Positions 8,249 through 18,413 of a stretch of DNA of 64,000 bases are shown here, one piece after another; within the stretch, counting starts at the first letter, position 1; every line of letters starts with the position of its first letter. This DNA comes from an uncultured Planctomycetales bacterium. GTDB lineage: Bacteria; Omnitrophota; Gorgyraeia; Zapsychrales; Aceulaceae. The position numbers and the translations under genes were made by a program. The notes beneath the pieces are model-generated. The model did not search any database. It had not been told where the DNA came from and was given only the letters and a program-made list of their open reading frames with translations. The DNA is taken from NCBI GenBank assembly GCA_964648665.1, contig CAZYOA010000008.1, positions 550 to 64,549 of the forward strand, read 5' to 3'.

Positions 8249-9937
8249 TTATCCTAAAGAAGCTGCCTTTTTTTCAAGTTCTAACATTTTAGTGGAAATA
8301 AAATTATGAAAAGCTCTTCTCTCGATACATCCTACAGATTTATTCTTATCCTTCGTAATCATCAAATACTCCAGATTAAGATTCGAAAATAAACTATTGA
8401 TCTCTTTTGCTGAAGTTTCTATATCAGCCGTAATCCCAACTGACTCCATAATATCAACAGCTAAAAGAAATTCACTCATATCTGCATGCATAAAGACTTG
8501 ACGAATTCCATCAATAGTAATAACACCTTTTAAGCTTAGATCTTTATCGACTACCGGATAATAAAGATGCGCATCATTGCTGAAGATATCAAGTATTTGA
8601 TTTAAAGACGTATTTAAACAAATAGGCGAAATATCCTGATCGATAAAATCTTCTATCCTAATTCCTGTAATTAAATCTTCCTCTGTAACATTTAATCCTA
8701 TCTCTTCTGCTTTTGTGACAGCATATTTCACTGAAGAAGGGCCAACAACTTGAACAATAAGAGTCGTTAAAGTAATAACGAAAACAATGGTTTGCCCCAT
8801 AGGGCTTGGAAAGGCATGAGAAGCGATAACCGAAAGTCCAATTGCGACTCCAGCCTGACTAAAAAGGCAAAACGGAAGGTACTTCTGAACATTCTCAGGC
8901 GCCTTAGAAATTCTCGCACCTAAATTAGATCCCAACATTTTTCCGATTGTCCGGCCAGCTAAATAAACTCCAGACAATATCAAAATCATTGGTGTCAAAT
9001 GAACAAGCTCAAGCTTTGCTCCGACAAAGACAAAGAAAAGAATATATATTGGTGATGCAAAACCTTCTGCAAGTCGAAAAACTTCTTTGCTAATCTGAGG
9101 AATTTTATTAACAACAACAACGCCTAAAGTCATCGCAGCCAAAAGGATGCTCACATGAATAAGCAAAGAAAATCCTAGAACAAACAAAACAGTCCCAACG
9201 AAAAATGCTAAAATACGATCTTTTTCTTTATAGTGTTTTAAAAGCCCTGAAAGAATTAATCCAGAAATCAAGCCAACTAAAACAGCTCCTCCTATTTCAT
9301 AAATCGGCTGCAAAACTGAAAGCAAAACACTATCAGATGGGCTACCTATCAAATTCGAGGCTATACTTGAAGAAAATGCAAACAAAAGTAAGGATAAAGC
9401 ATCATCAAGAGCTACAATGCCAAATATTGTTGTTGTTAAAGGTCCTCTAGTCTTATATTCCCACAAAACATCCGTTGTCGCCGCAGGAGCTGTTGCCGAT
9501 GCGATTGATCCTAAAACAAGACCCAAAGCAAGGCTAAATCTAAAATCATGAAGAATAAAATATCCAACTATTGTTACAAACACTGAAACAAGAAAAAAAG
9601 CAGAAAGACCTTCAAAGAATAAGATATAAATAAATTGCTTCCCATAACGCATCAACACATTCTTCTTGAGTTCTCCTCCGATCATAAAACCAATAAGACC
9701 TAATGCGAAGTAATTAAAAGGCTCAAAAGATTCAATCATCTCATGTGTAATAATATTAAAAATTGAGCTACCAAGCAATACTCCAATGGCAATATATCCA
9801 ACAACCTGAGGAATACGAAGCTTTTGAAATATTCGCCCTCCTACAGTTCCTCCGAATAAAGCAAGTCCAAGAATAAATAAAATATTAATATGAAAAAAAG
9901 ATATTTTCTCCAGAATTATTTCTAGAAAATGTTCCAT
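8249..9937 (-). CDS. Cation:proton antiporter (CPA2/Kef-like) with C-terminal CBS-pair domain
   Basis: About 400 aa polytopic Na_H_exchanger-like region, then two CBS-like repeats (YYPVVDKDLSLKGVITIDGI... and LMITKDKNKSVGCIERRAF). The track start at 9970 is TTG. ATG at 9937 (MEHFLEII) has GGAG 7 nt upstream. Confidence 0.8.
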   Translation of the reverse strand: MEHFLEIILEKISFFHINILFILGLALFGGTVGGRIFQKLRIPQVVGYIAIGVLLGSSIFNIITHEMIESFEPFNYFALGLIGFMIGGELKKNVLMRYGKQFIYILFFEGLSAFFLVSVFVTIVGYFILHDFRFSLALGLVLGSIASATAPAATTDVLWEYKTRGPLTTTIFGIVALDDALSLLLFAFSSSIASNLIGSPSDSVLLSVLQPIYEIGGAVLVGLISGLILSGLLKHYKEKDRILAFFVGTVLFVLGFSLLIHVSILLAAMTLGVVVVNKIPQISKEVFRLAEGFASPIYILFFVFVGAKLELVHLTPMILILSGVYLAGRTIGKMLGSNLGARISKAPENVQKYLPFCLFSQAGVAIGLSVIASHAFPSPMGQTIVFVITLTTLIVQVVGPSSVKYAVTKAEEIGLNVTEEDLITGIRIEDFIDQDISPICLNTSLNQILDIFSNDAHLYYPVVDKDLSLKGVITIDGIRQVFMHADMSEFLLAVDIMESVGITADIETSAKEINSLFSNLNLEYLMITKDKNKSVGCIERRAFHNFISTKMLELEKKAASLG

Positions 9938-9984
9938 GTTAAAACTCCAGTCTAAATTAAAACGATGCAAACATTTTAAGACTT

Positions 9985-10974
9985 TTATGTTAATTTACAA
10001 GATAATTTTAAAGAATCGCCTTTTTGGAAAGAAAGTCGTCTTCTTGCAGACCTGATAATTAAGCGGGCATTATGGATAGTCACTTTTATTTTTTCATCAT
10101 AAATAACATAATTCTTCTTTAGCGCAACAGGCGTAAAACTCGGCATAATAACATTACATCCAGCATCCAAAGCTTTTCTTTGAGCCTTGTTGCCTCCCAG
10201 AGTTGTCAAAGCAGTCGTCACCGGCATATGTGCATTTCTCGTCACAATCCTTGTTAGTGCAATTATTTTTAAAACAAGAGAGATATCTGAAAACTTATGA
10301 CTTGCCAATGGCGTTTGACTCTGCGGCATAAAAGGGCCAATGCCAATCATATCAGGTTGAAAATCTTGATAAAACAAGATATCTTGAACAAGATGCTCTA
10401 GCCTCTGACCCGGAAGACCAACAATATTTCCAGAGCCAACCTGAAATCCAATCTTTCTTAAATATTCTAAAATCTTCAGACGCTTCCTAAGAGATTGACC
10501 CGGATGAAAACTCTTATAAAGATTCTCATCTGCCGTTTCATGCTTTAAAAGATATCGGCTTGCCCCCGCATCATAAAAAGCTTTATAATCATCAAAAGGT
10601 CTTTCACCTAAAGAAAGAGTAACCGCCAAATCAGGACATTGTTTCTTTATTTTTCTTATAACGCTTGAAAACTTATTCCTTGTATAGAAAAGATCATCAC
10701 CAGATTGCAAAACAACCGTTTTAAAACCTTTTGATCGAACATTAGCTGCAGCTCTTACAATTTCAACATCCTTTAATCGCATCCTTTGGGCTTCTTTGTT
10801 TTCTCGACGCAAGCCACAATACAAGCAATTACGAACACAATAAGATGAAAATTCAATCAACCCTCTTAAAAAAACTTTATCCCCACAAAACTGTTTACGA
10901 GTTTGATTTGCTTGATTAAAAAGAACTTTTGAATCTTTATCTTTTAAGAATTCAAAGATTTCATTTCTTGTCAT
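9985..10974 (-). CDS. hydE: [FeFe]-hydrogenase maturase HydE (radical SAM)
   Basis: CVRNCLYCGLRR CX3CX2C motif, about 330 aa, directly after hydG. The track start (11040) is TTG inside hydG. ATG at 10974 (MTRNEIFEFL) lies 4 nt after the hydG stop, with AAGG upstream. Confidence 0.85.
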   Translation of the reverse strand: MTRNEIFEFLKDKDSKVLFNQANQTRKQFCGDKVFLRGLIEFSSYCVRNCLYCGLRRENKEAQRMRLKDVEIVRAAANVRSKGFKTVVLQSGDDLFYTRNKFSSVIRKIKKQCPDLAVTLSLGERPFDDYKAFYDAGASRYLLKHETADENLYKSFHPGQSLRKRLKILEYLRKIGFQVGSGNIVGLPGQRLEHLVQDILFYQDFQPDMIGIGPFMPQSQTPLASHKFSDISLVLKIIALTRIVTRNAHMPVTTALTTLGGNKAQRKALDAGCNVIMPSFTPVALKKNYVIYDEKIKVTIHNARLIIRSARRRLSFQKGDSLKLSCKLT

Positions 10975-10978
10975 AGCC

Positions 10979-12475
10979 TTAGAGATAAAGATCTCTTTCT
11001 CCTTGTTCAACTCTCTGATAAAGACTATAAAACTTATCAAATATCTCGGGCATAAACTCTTTGACCTCTTTAATTTCTTTTTTTAAAACAGGCTCTGCAA
11101 CTTTTCTTGTTTCCTCGCTTGAAAAATCATCAAGCCATTCTTTAAATGTTAAAATTGCATTAATTTTACAAAACTTTCCCTCTTGTCCGCTACGCAAAAG
11201 ATCCATAATACATTTTCCTGTGCGTCCGCATCGATATCCAGCCGTACAAAAAGAAGTGATGTATCCCATCTTTGCAAATTCACGGATAACCTCATCGAGA
11301 TTTCTTGTATCTCCTAAAATAAATTGCTGTTTCTTCTCTTCCTGGTCAGAATAAAACTCCGAATATCCGCCAATACCAATTTTTGTCGATGCATCTGTTT
11401 GCGTCACACCCAAAGAAATAGCTTCTTTCCTAATTTTAGCGCTTTCTCGAGCCGTAATAATCATCCCTGTAAAAGGAATCGACAACCGCACAACAAGAAT
11501 CAATTTCATAAAATCTTTATCAGAAACAAGGTAAGAAGAATCTTTATTTATTGTAGCCCCTAAGGCTGGCTCTAATCGAGGAAATGAAACGGTATGAGGA
11601 CCAATTCCAAATCTTTTTTCAAGTTCTCGCGCATGATACACCAAACCTAAAACCTCAAATTTCCAATCATACAAACCAAAAAGAGCTCCAATGCCAACAT
11701 CGTCAATGCCCGCCTCAAAAGCACGATGCATACAATAAAGCCTCCAGTCATAATCGCCTTTAATCGTTTTTGGTGGATGAACCTTTGTGTAAGTCGGCTG
11801 ATGATAGGTTTCCTGAAAAACTTGATATGTTCCGATACCAACTTCTTTTATACTTCTTAAATCATCAATACAAAACGCTGGCGCATTAACATTAACTCGT
11901 CTAATGCTTCCAATCCCTTTTCTCGTCTGCACATTAACCTCATAGATAGCCTTAAGACTATCTATAATATAATCAACATCATTCTTAGGATGCTCTCCAT
12001 AAACAGCAATCAATCGCTTGTGCCCAATCTTTCCGGCTAAAACCTCAACCTCTTTCTTTATTTCATCCATAGAAAGAACTCTGCGTTGAGCCTCAACATT
12101 ATCTGTCTTAAATCCACAATATTGACAATTATTAACACAATAATTTCCCATGTAAAGCGGAGCAAATGTAACAATTCGATTATTGTAAACTTTCTTTTTA
12201 ATTCGCATTGCCGCTTTTTTCATTCGATCAATTAAATCCGGATTTTCAACGTACAAAAGCGCTGCTGTCTCTTCAGGCGTTAAATTCTGAATTGATTCTG
12301 CTTTAACTAAAATTTTCTCAATATACTCTAGATCTGGATTCTTTGCCTTTTCAAGAGTCTTTAAGATTTCTTTTTCAGATATAAAATTCTTACCATCAAC
12401 AAGATACTTATTAATTTCATCTCTCTTAATTCTTTGATCTATCCAATTATTATTATTATTTTCTATATTGCTCAT
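10979..12475 (-). CDS. hydG: [FeFe]-hydrogenase maturase HydG (radical SAM tyrosine lyase)
   Basis: CVNNCQYCGF radical SAM motif plus C-terminal Cys cluster (CTAGYRCGRTGKC). ThiH-like length. ATGA overlap with the hydF stop. Confidence 0.9.
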   Translation of the reverse strand: MSNIENNNNNWIDQRIKRDEINKYLVDGKNFISEKEILKTLEKAKNPDLEYIEKILVKAESIQNLTPEETAALLYVENPDLIDRMKKAAMRIKKKVYNNRIVTFAPLYMGNYCVNNCQYCGFKTDNVEAQRRVLSMDEIKKEVEVLAGKIGHKRLIAVYGEHPKNDVDYIIDSLKAIYEVNVQTRKGIGSIRRVNVNAPAFCIDDLRSIKEVGIGTYQVFQETYHQPTYTKVHPPKTIKGDYDWRLYCMHRAFEAGIDDVGIGALFGLYDWKFEVLGLVYHARELEKRFGIGPHTVSFPRLEPALGATINKDSSYLVSDKDFMKLILVVRLSIPFTGMIITARESAKIRKEAISLGVTQTDASTKIGIGGYSEFYSDQEEKKQQFILGDTRNLDEVIREFAKMGYITSFCTAGYRCGRTGKCIMDLLRSGQEGKFCKINAILTFKEWLDDFSSEETRKVAEPVLKKEIKEVKEFMPEIFDKFYSLYQRVEQGERDLYL

Positions 12476-13725
12476 TTCAACGCCTTTTTTTTAACCTGTT
12501 GATAAATATTAAAACTCTCAGAAAAAGGCTCAAGAACTCTTTCCAAAACACCCTGTAAAAAAGAAATGCATACTCCATAATTTGTTACCGGAACTCCTAT
12601 TTTCTTAGCATAATACATGCGCCTTAAGGTTTCTTTTCGAGTGATCATGCAAGATCCACATAAAACCGCTAATTTATATTCAGATAAATCCTCTGGATAA
12701 TCTCGTCCCGAACAAACATCAATCTTAAGATCTGCTTTTGTATACTCTTTAAGCCATCGAGGAATTTTAACGCGTCCAATATCATCTTCTACCGCATGAT
12801 GACTACACGCTTCTGCAATTAAAACTCGATCGCCATCTTTAAGTGAATCAATTGCACAAACACCTTCAACCATCTGATTAAGATCACCTTTAAGACGTGC
12901 AAAAACAATAGAAAATGTTGTACATTTAACATCGCTAGGCGTCCCTACAACCATTCGATCAACAACCTGAGAATCACAAACAACAATATCTGGAGGTGTC
13001 TTCAGCCTATCTAAAACAGACAAATACTCGCTCTCCTTAACGATAAGCGCAGAAGAATCATGATCAAGAGCATCTCGAATAGTTTGGACTTGAGGCAAAA
13101 TAATTCTTCCCTTAGGAGCTTCTAAATCAATCGGAACAATCAACACCGATAATCCTCCCTTAGGCATCAAATCCCCAATCAACGCCGAAGGTTTAATAAA
13201 ATCTTCAGGACAACATTCAATCAATTGCTCTTTAAGCAACAAAACATATTCATTTCTTTTTTCAAGATTTACACTTGAGCACAAAACAACTTTTTCAGTC
13301 TTTTTTCTTAAATCTTTAACAAAATCATCCGAAGGCTGCTGAATATCAATCTTGTTTACAACAATAATCAATGGCATGTTTTGTTGCTTTGCCTGATCAC
13401 AAACATAATCTTCAAATTCTGTCCAAACTTCAGACTCAACAATCAAAACAACAACATCGCTTCGATCAAAAATCCTTTTTGTCTTCTTAATACGCAATTC
13501 TGAAAGATCAGATGAATCGTCTAGCCCTGCTGTATCCAAAAATACAACAGGCCCAATCGGAAGAAGCTCCATCGCTTTTTCAACAACATCTGTTGTTGTT
13601 CCAGCAATCTCTGACGTGATCGCAACATTCTGCCCCACCACAACGTTAAGAAAACTTGACTTTCCTACATTTGTTCGACCAAAAAGACCAATCTGAAGCC
13701 TTAATGATTTCGGTGCCGTCTTCAT
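12472..13725 (-). CDS. hydF: [FeFe]-hydrogenase maturation GTPase/scaffold HydF
   Basis: G1 GRTNVGKSS, G3 DTAG, G4 NKID. C-terminal cluster motif CSHH...46 residues...LCGSC. Confidence 0.9.
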   Translation of the reverse strand: MKTAPKSLRLQIGLFGRTNVGKSSFLNVVVGQNVAITSEIAGTTTDVVEKAMELLPIGPVVFLDTAGLDDSSDLSELRIKKTKRIFDRSDVVVLIVESEVWTEFEDYVCDQAKQQNMPLIIVVNKIDIQQPSDDFVKDLRKKTEKVVLCSSVNLEKRNEYVLLLKEQLIECCPEDFIKPSALIGDLMPKGGLSVLIVPIDLEAPKGRIILPQVQTIRDALDHDSSALIVKESEYLSVLDRLKTPPDIVVCDSQVVDRMVVGTPSDVKCTTFSIVFARLKGDLNQMVEGVCAIDSLKDGDRVLIAEACSHHAVEDDIGRVKIPRWLKEYTKADLKIDVCSGRDYPEDLSEYKLAVLCGSCMITRKETLRRMYYAKKIGVPVTNYGVCISFLQGVLERVLEPFSESFNIYQQVKKKALK

Positions 13726-13728
13726 CAG

Positions 13729-13986
13729 TTAATCCTGCTCTAGTTTTCCTAAGCCCGATTTTACAAAAACACCATCAATAGCTCCAAGCTGTCCTGTCAA
13801 TGCTCCAACTTCATCCGTATTGGCATCTACAATCAATGTCATAACACTTAAGCCTCTCTCCTTATACGGAATTCCCATGCGACCAACAAACATTGCAGCA
13901 TGTTCATGCAAAACATGATTTACATCTTCAGCACTCTTGTCTCTATTTTCAATGATAATTCCAACAAATCCTAACCGTTTCTTCAT
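13729..13986 (-). CDS. TM1266-family putative iron-only hydrogenase system regulator (ACT-like)
   Basis: About 85 aa, GFVGIIIENRDKSAEDVNHVLHEHAAMFVGRMGIPY...LIVDANTDEVGALTGQLG. This family typically sits next to hydEFG. ATG at 13986 is preceded by AGGAGG. Confidence 0.7.
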   Translation of the reverse strand: MKKRLGFVGIIIENRDKSAEDVNHVLHEHAAMFVGRMGIPYKERGLSVMTLIVDANTDEVGALTGQLGAIDGVFVKSGLGKLEQD

Positions 13987-14008
13987 CACATCCTCCTTTT
14001 TAAAAATA

Positions 14009-14045
14009 AACCCAACTTTATCATGAAGATAAGTCGGGTTTTTTA
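14009..14045 (-). terminator. Imperfect hairpin with flanking T-runs between the stand-alone REC gene and the TM1266/hydFGE genes
   Basis: AACCCGACTTATC...GATAAAGTTGGGTT on the minus strand, followed by TATTTTTAAAAAGGAGG. Could be a partial terminator or attenuator inside the long operon. Confidence 0.35.
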
Positions 14046-14111
14046 TATTGCCCCCTTAGCGTTAGGATAACCTCCCTATTCTTTAGGAATTAAATTAATT
14101 TTCTATTATTT

Positions 14112-14495
14112 TTACTGTATATATTGTTCTACGATCTTTAAAAAATACTCTGGGTCAATCGGCTTTTCTAATATTGCCTTAACAGGCAAAAGTGTTTCAC
14201 CGGTTTCATAATCAAAAGCAAAATTAGAAGCTTTTTTAATACCGGAAACAATAATAACAGGAATATTTTTTGTTGATTCATCAGATTTTAATTTCTGGGA
14301 AATATCGAATCCTTTCGAATCATGCTCCATCATAATATCAAGAGAAATAAGGTCTGGTTTCTCGCTTTGAGCTTTTACAAATCCCTCTTCGCCACCATTA
14401 GCAGACACAACTACAAAATCTTTAGCTTCCAAAAGAACTGTCACCGCTTGTATGAAATCAGGGTCGTCATCAACAAGCAAAACTTTCTTAGACAT
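14112..14495 (-). CDS. Stand-alone response-regulator receiver (CheY-like) protein
   Basis: VLLVDDDPD, phospho-acceptor PDLISLDIMM, IPVIIVSG, LEKPI. No output domain. Close paralog of the REC domain of 18410..19297. Confidence 0.85.
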   Translation of the reverse strand: MSKKVLLVDDDPDFIQAVTVLLEAKDFVVVSANGGEEGFVKAQSEKPDLISLDIMMEHDSKGFDISQKLKSDESTKNIPVIIVSGIKKASNFAFDYETGETLLPVKAILEKPIDPEYFLKIVEQYIQ

Positions 14496-14554
14496 TACAT
14501 CCTCCTTTTTTAGAATTCGTATTGTGATATTCTACAAGCAAATCTATCTTTTGT

Positions 14555-16300
14555 CTACTTTCGATATTCCGCACGCGGAATATATTTTGTATGCAAAAGA
14601 TGATGAGCCTTCTCGCCTAAAGGCTTACCAAGAAAATCTTTATACAACTTTTGAATATATGGATTATCATGTGAACATCGAACACTTTTCGCAGCATCCT
14701 CATCATAAAGCCCTTTAGCTCGAGCGGTTCTAACCTCATCATTAATCATATAAGGTTGTCCACCACCTCCAACACATCCTCCAGGACAAGCCATAACCTC
14801 AACGAAATGATAAGGCAAAGGCTCATTATTCTTTATCGCATCGCGTATTCTATCTAAAACAGAAACAACATTTGCAAGACCATGCGCAACAGCAATTTTA
14901 ACCTCTGTTCCTTTTATATCAATCGATGTCTCTTTGACTCCTTCAAGCCCTCGAACATCTTTAAAATCAAATTCTTTCAAATTTTCTTTTGTAATAACAG
15001 CATATGCTGTACGCAATGCGGCTTCCATGACCCCGCCTGTTGCGCCAAAAATTGTTCCTGCACCAGAATACTCGCCTAATAAAAGATCCGGCTCTTCATC
15101 TGGAAGATTATTAAAATCAAGTCCAGCTTGTCGAATCATACGAATAAGCTCACGCGTCGTAATAACCACATCAACATCCTGATATCCAGAAGCAAACATC
15201 TCTTCCGATCTAGAAATTTCATACTTCTTAGAGGTACATGGCATAATTGAAATAACTTTTATTTTCTTAGGATCAATCTTTTTTTGCTCAGCATAATACG
15301 TCTTAGTTAAAACACCTAAAATCTCATGCGGAGACTTAGTTGATGAAAAATGCTCAATCATGTCTGTATAAAACTTTTCCATAAAATCAACCCAAGATGG
15401 ACAACATGTTGTAATCATCGGCAAAACGCCTTTTTTATGAACAAAGCGTTCGACAAATTCATTCCCCTCCTCCATGATTGTCACATCAGCTGCAAAATTA
15501 GTATCGAAAACTGTATCAAATCCTAAACGTCTCAAAAGAGCATAAAGTTTTTTTGTTAGATTTACGCCTGGCTCATATCCAAAGCCTTCACCAACAGCAA
15601 CGCGAACAGCTGGAGCAATCTGAACAACACAATGTATCTCAGGATCTTGAAGCGCCTCCCAAACTTTGGCTGTATCATCTTTTTCAAAAATAGCTCCTGT
15701 TGGACAATGCGCAGAACACTGACCGCATCGAACACAAGGAGATTCACCCAAAACAATATCTCCCGCTGGTGAAATGCGCGTATTCACACCTCTTTCTAAG
15801 AAAGATAATGCCCAAACAGCTTGTGTCGATTGACAAACTTCAACACATCGGCCACATTTAATACATTTTGAAGGATCTAAAACAATTGTATTCGTTGTAT
15901 TATCTTTTGGGATTTCTCTAACAATCTTTTTAAATTGTTCTTCGCGAATTCCAAAATCAGAAACAAGAGTTTGAAGTTCACAATTATTATTTCTTCCACA
16001 CTTCAAGCAATCATTAGGATGATCTGACAAAATAAGCTCTATGACAGTTTTGCGTGTCTCAACAATCTCTGGATCATGCGTAATAATATCCATGCCTTCT
16101 TCGAAAGGCGTACAGCACGATCTCAGCATCTTGCTTGTCCCCTTAACACGAACAATGCATATACCGCAAGCTGCAGAAGGACTAACATCTGAATGATGGC
16201 AAAGAGTTGGAATCTTAACCTGAACTTTTTTCGCTGCATCAAGAATGGTCGTCCCTTTCTCGACCTCAACTGATATTCCGTTTATTATTCCTTTAATCAT
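14555..16300 (-). CDS. hndD: [FeFe]-hydrogenase catalytic subunit (HndD/HydA, group A3-like)
   Basis: N-terminal 2Fe-2S and multiple 4Fe-4S Cys motifs. H-cluster signatures TTCCPSW, MPCTSKKYE, EVMACPGGCVGGGGQP. Confidence 0.95.
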   Translation of the reverse strand: MIKGIINGISVEVEKGTTILDAAKKVQVKIPTLCHHSDVSPSAACGICIVRVKGTSKMLRSCCTPFEEGMDIITHDPEIVETRKTVIELILSDHPNDCLKCGRNNNCELQTLVSDFGIREEQFKKIVREIPKDNTTNTIVLDPSKCIKCGRCVEVCQSTQAVWALSFLERGVNTRISPAGDIVLGESPCVRCGQCSAHCPTGAIFEKDDTAKVWEALQDPEIHCVVQIAPAVRVAVGEGFGYEPGVNLTKKLYALLRRLGFDTVFDTNFAADVTIMEEGNEFVERFVHKKGVLPMITTCCPSWVDFMEKFYTDMIEHFSSTKSPHEILGVLTKTYYAEQKKIDPKKIKVISIMPCTSKKYEISRSEEMFASGYQDVDVVITTRELIRMIRQAGLDFNNLPDEEPDLLLGEYSGAGTIFGATGGVMEAALRTAYAVITKENLKEFDFKDVRGLEGVKETSIDIKGTEVKIAVAHGLANVVSVLDRIRDAIKNNEPLPYHFVEVMACPGGCVGGGGQPYMINDEVRTARAKGLYDEDAAKSVRCSHDNPYIQKLYKDFLGKPLGEKAHHLLHTKYIPRAEYRK

Positions 16301-16324
16301 CTAAAAAACTCCTTTTTATATATC

Positions 16325-18064
16325 TTATCTTCTAATTGCTGAAAATCGACACACTTCAAAACAGCGTCCACATTGAATACATTTTTCCTGATCAATAACA
16401 TACGGTTGATCTTTGCTTCCTGTAATCGCGTCTACAGGACAATTTCTAGCGCAAAGTCCACATCGCTTACATTTTTCTTCAATAACTGCATAACTAAATA
16501 AATCTGAACATTTTCCAGAAGGACATCGCTTGTCTAAAATATGAGCAAGATATTCTGCTTCAAAAAATTTCATTGTTGACAAAACAGGATTTGCGGCTGT
16601 CTGACCTAACCCGCAAAGAGACGCTTTTTGCATACATGCTGAAATAACTCGTAATTTTCTTAAATCATCCAGCTCTCCTTTTCCTTCTGAAATCTTTGTC
16701 AAAAGACCTAAAAGCTGTGTCCCTCCAATTCGACAAGGCGCACATTTTCCACATGATTCTTCAACGCAAAATCCTAAATAAAATTTTGCAATATCAACCA
16801 TACAATCCGTTTCATCCATAACAATCATTCCACCAGACCCCATGATTGATCCCAATTTTTGAAGACTTTCATATTCAACTGGTGTATCAAAGAATTCCTC
16901 CGGAATAACACCTCCCGAAGGTCCACCTGTTTGAATCGCTTTAATCTTTTTCCCATCTAAAACACCACCCCCAATATCAAAAACAATCTCACGCAACGTT
17001 GTTCCCATGGGAACTTCAACTAATCCTGAATTTTGAACTTTTCCAGTTACAGCAAAAACTTTCGTTCCTTTAGATGTTTCTGTTCCAATCGAAGAAAACC
17101 ATTTTCCTCCTTTTAAAAGAATAATCGGAATGTTCGCCAATGTCTCAACATTATTAATAACCGTAGGCTTACCCCATAACCCTTTAATTGAAGGATACGG
17201 CGGTCTCGGCCTCGGGCATCCTCTTTTTCCTTCGATAGAAGCAATCAAAGCTGTTTCTTCTCCGCAAACAAAAGCGCCAGCACCAAGTCGAATTTCTAAA
17301 TCAAAATCAAATCCTGAGCCAAAAATATTCTCACCTAAAAGTCCATACTTTCTAGCTTGATTAATCGCCAAATTAATACGTTTAATCGCCAAAGGATATT
17401 CTGCACGAATATACAAAAACCCTTTTGTTGCACCAATCGCATAACCTGAAATCATCATTCCCTCTAAAACAGAATGAGGGTCTCCTTCTAAAACGCTACG
17501 ATCCATATACGCTCCTGGATCTCCCTCGTCAGCGTTACAAATAACATATTTTTGATCAGACTCAACACCTTTAGCAAAATTCCATTTCATCCATGTTGGA
17601 AATCCTCCACCGCCTCGTCCTCGCAACCCACTGATCTTCATCTCATCAATAACGAAATCCTGAGATTTCTTTGATAAAATCTTTTTAAACGCTTGATATC
17701 CATCTTGACAAATATAATCATCAATATTTTCTGGGTCAATAACTCCACAATTTCTCAACACAACTCTTAATTGTTTATTATCAATCTTGAAAACAAGCTC
17801 TTGTATAACTTTGTTCTTTTTTAATGTTTTTTCAATAATCAAATCAAGATCTTCTTCTTTGACATTTGCATAAACAACATTTTCAGGAAGAATTTTAAAA
17901 ACGATACCTTTATTATAAAGACCTATATCTGCGGCCCTGACCACCTGGATAGAATCAGCAAGATTCTGATCTCTAAGCTTTGAAATCAAAATGTCATAAA
18001 AATGCTTTGTTTTTTTATTTTCTTTTGTATCTTTAATTAAAACGATTTTCTTGTATCTAGACAT
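16325..18064 (-). CDS. hndC: NuoF-like flavoprotein subunit of the hydrogenase (HndC/HydB), NAD(P)/FMN-binding with C-terminal 2x[4Fe-4S]
   Basis: GRGGGGFPTWMKW, CGKCAPCR, C-terminal CKRCGLCARNCP and CIQCGRCFEVC ferredoxin motifs. Confidence 0.9.
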   Translation of the reverse strand: MSRYKKIVLIKDTKENKKTKHFYDILISKLRDQNLADSIQVVRAADIGLYNKGIVFKILPENVVYANVKEEDLDLIIEKTLKKNKVIQELVFKIDNKQLRVVLRNCGVIDPENIDDYICQDGYQAFKKILSKKSQDFVIDEMKISGLRGRGGGGFPTWMKWNFAKGVESDQKYVICNADEGDPGAYMDRSVLEGDPHSVLEGMMISGYAIGATKGFLYIRAEYPLAIKRINLAINQARKYGLLGENIFGSGFDFDLEIRLGAGAFVCGEETALIASIEGKRGCPRPRPPYPSIKGLWGKPTVINNVETLANIPIILLKGGKWFSSIGTETSKGTKVFAVTGKVQNSGLVEVPMGTTLREIVFDIGGGVLDGKKIKAIQTGGPSGGVIPEEFFDTPVEYESLQKLGSIMGSGGMIVMDETDCMVDIAKFYLGFCVEESCGKCAPCRIGGTQLLGLLTKISEGKGELDDLRKLRVISACMQKASLCGLGQTAANPVLSTMKFFEAEYLAHILDKRCPSGKCSDLFSYAVIEEKCKRCGLCARNCPVDAITGSKDQPYVIDQEKCIQCGRCFEVCRFSAIRR

Positions 18065-18065
18065 T

Positions 18066-18413
18066 TTAGTTCACCTTTATATTAAAAATATGATCATTCA
18101 ATAAATATTTTCCTGATGCATGTTTATCAATAATCTTAATCGCTGTTTCTTCATCCACTCCCCCATAGACAACCGTTGGCATTCCTTGAACGCAAACTTC
18201 AACCAATGGTTCAGCATGGCACATTCCAGAACATCCACATTGTTCAATTGCAATTTCTGCCTTGCGCTTTTCTTTTTCTTCAACGAGTGTCTTAAAAACT
18301 TTATCAGCGCCAGCGGCAATACCGCATGTGCTCATTCCAACTTTAATCCAATCGCCTTTTCTTTTTTGCCCTTGACTTTTAATTTGATCTAAATTTACTT
18401 TTTCATTTTTCAT
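18066..18413 (-). CDS. hndB: Small thioredoxin-like [2Fe-2S] subunit (HndB-like)
   Basis: 115 aa, MSTCGIAAGA...CGCSGMCHAEPLVEV Cys pattern. Position between the hndA-like and hndC-like genes. Confidence 0.75.
   Translation of the reverse strand: MKNEKVNLDQIKSQGQKRKGDWIKVGMSTCGIAAGADKVFKTLVEEKEKRKAEIAIEQCGCSGMCHAEPLVEVCVQGMPTVVYGGVDEETAIKIIDKHASGKYLLNDHIFNIKVN

Noticed and set aside
12472-12700. HydF C-terminal cluster motif reads CSHH...LCGSC rather than the textbook CxH...HCxxC
   Set aside because: The spacing (46 residues) and all three Cys are conserved. The second His is, as far as I recall, variable among HydF proteins, so this is not evidence of loss of function.
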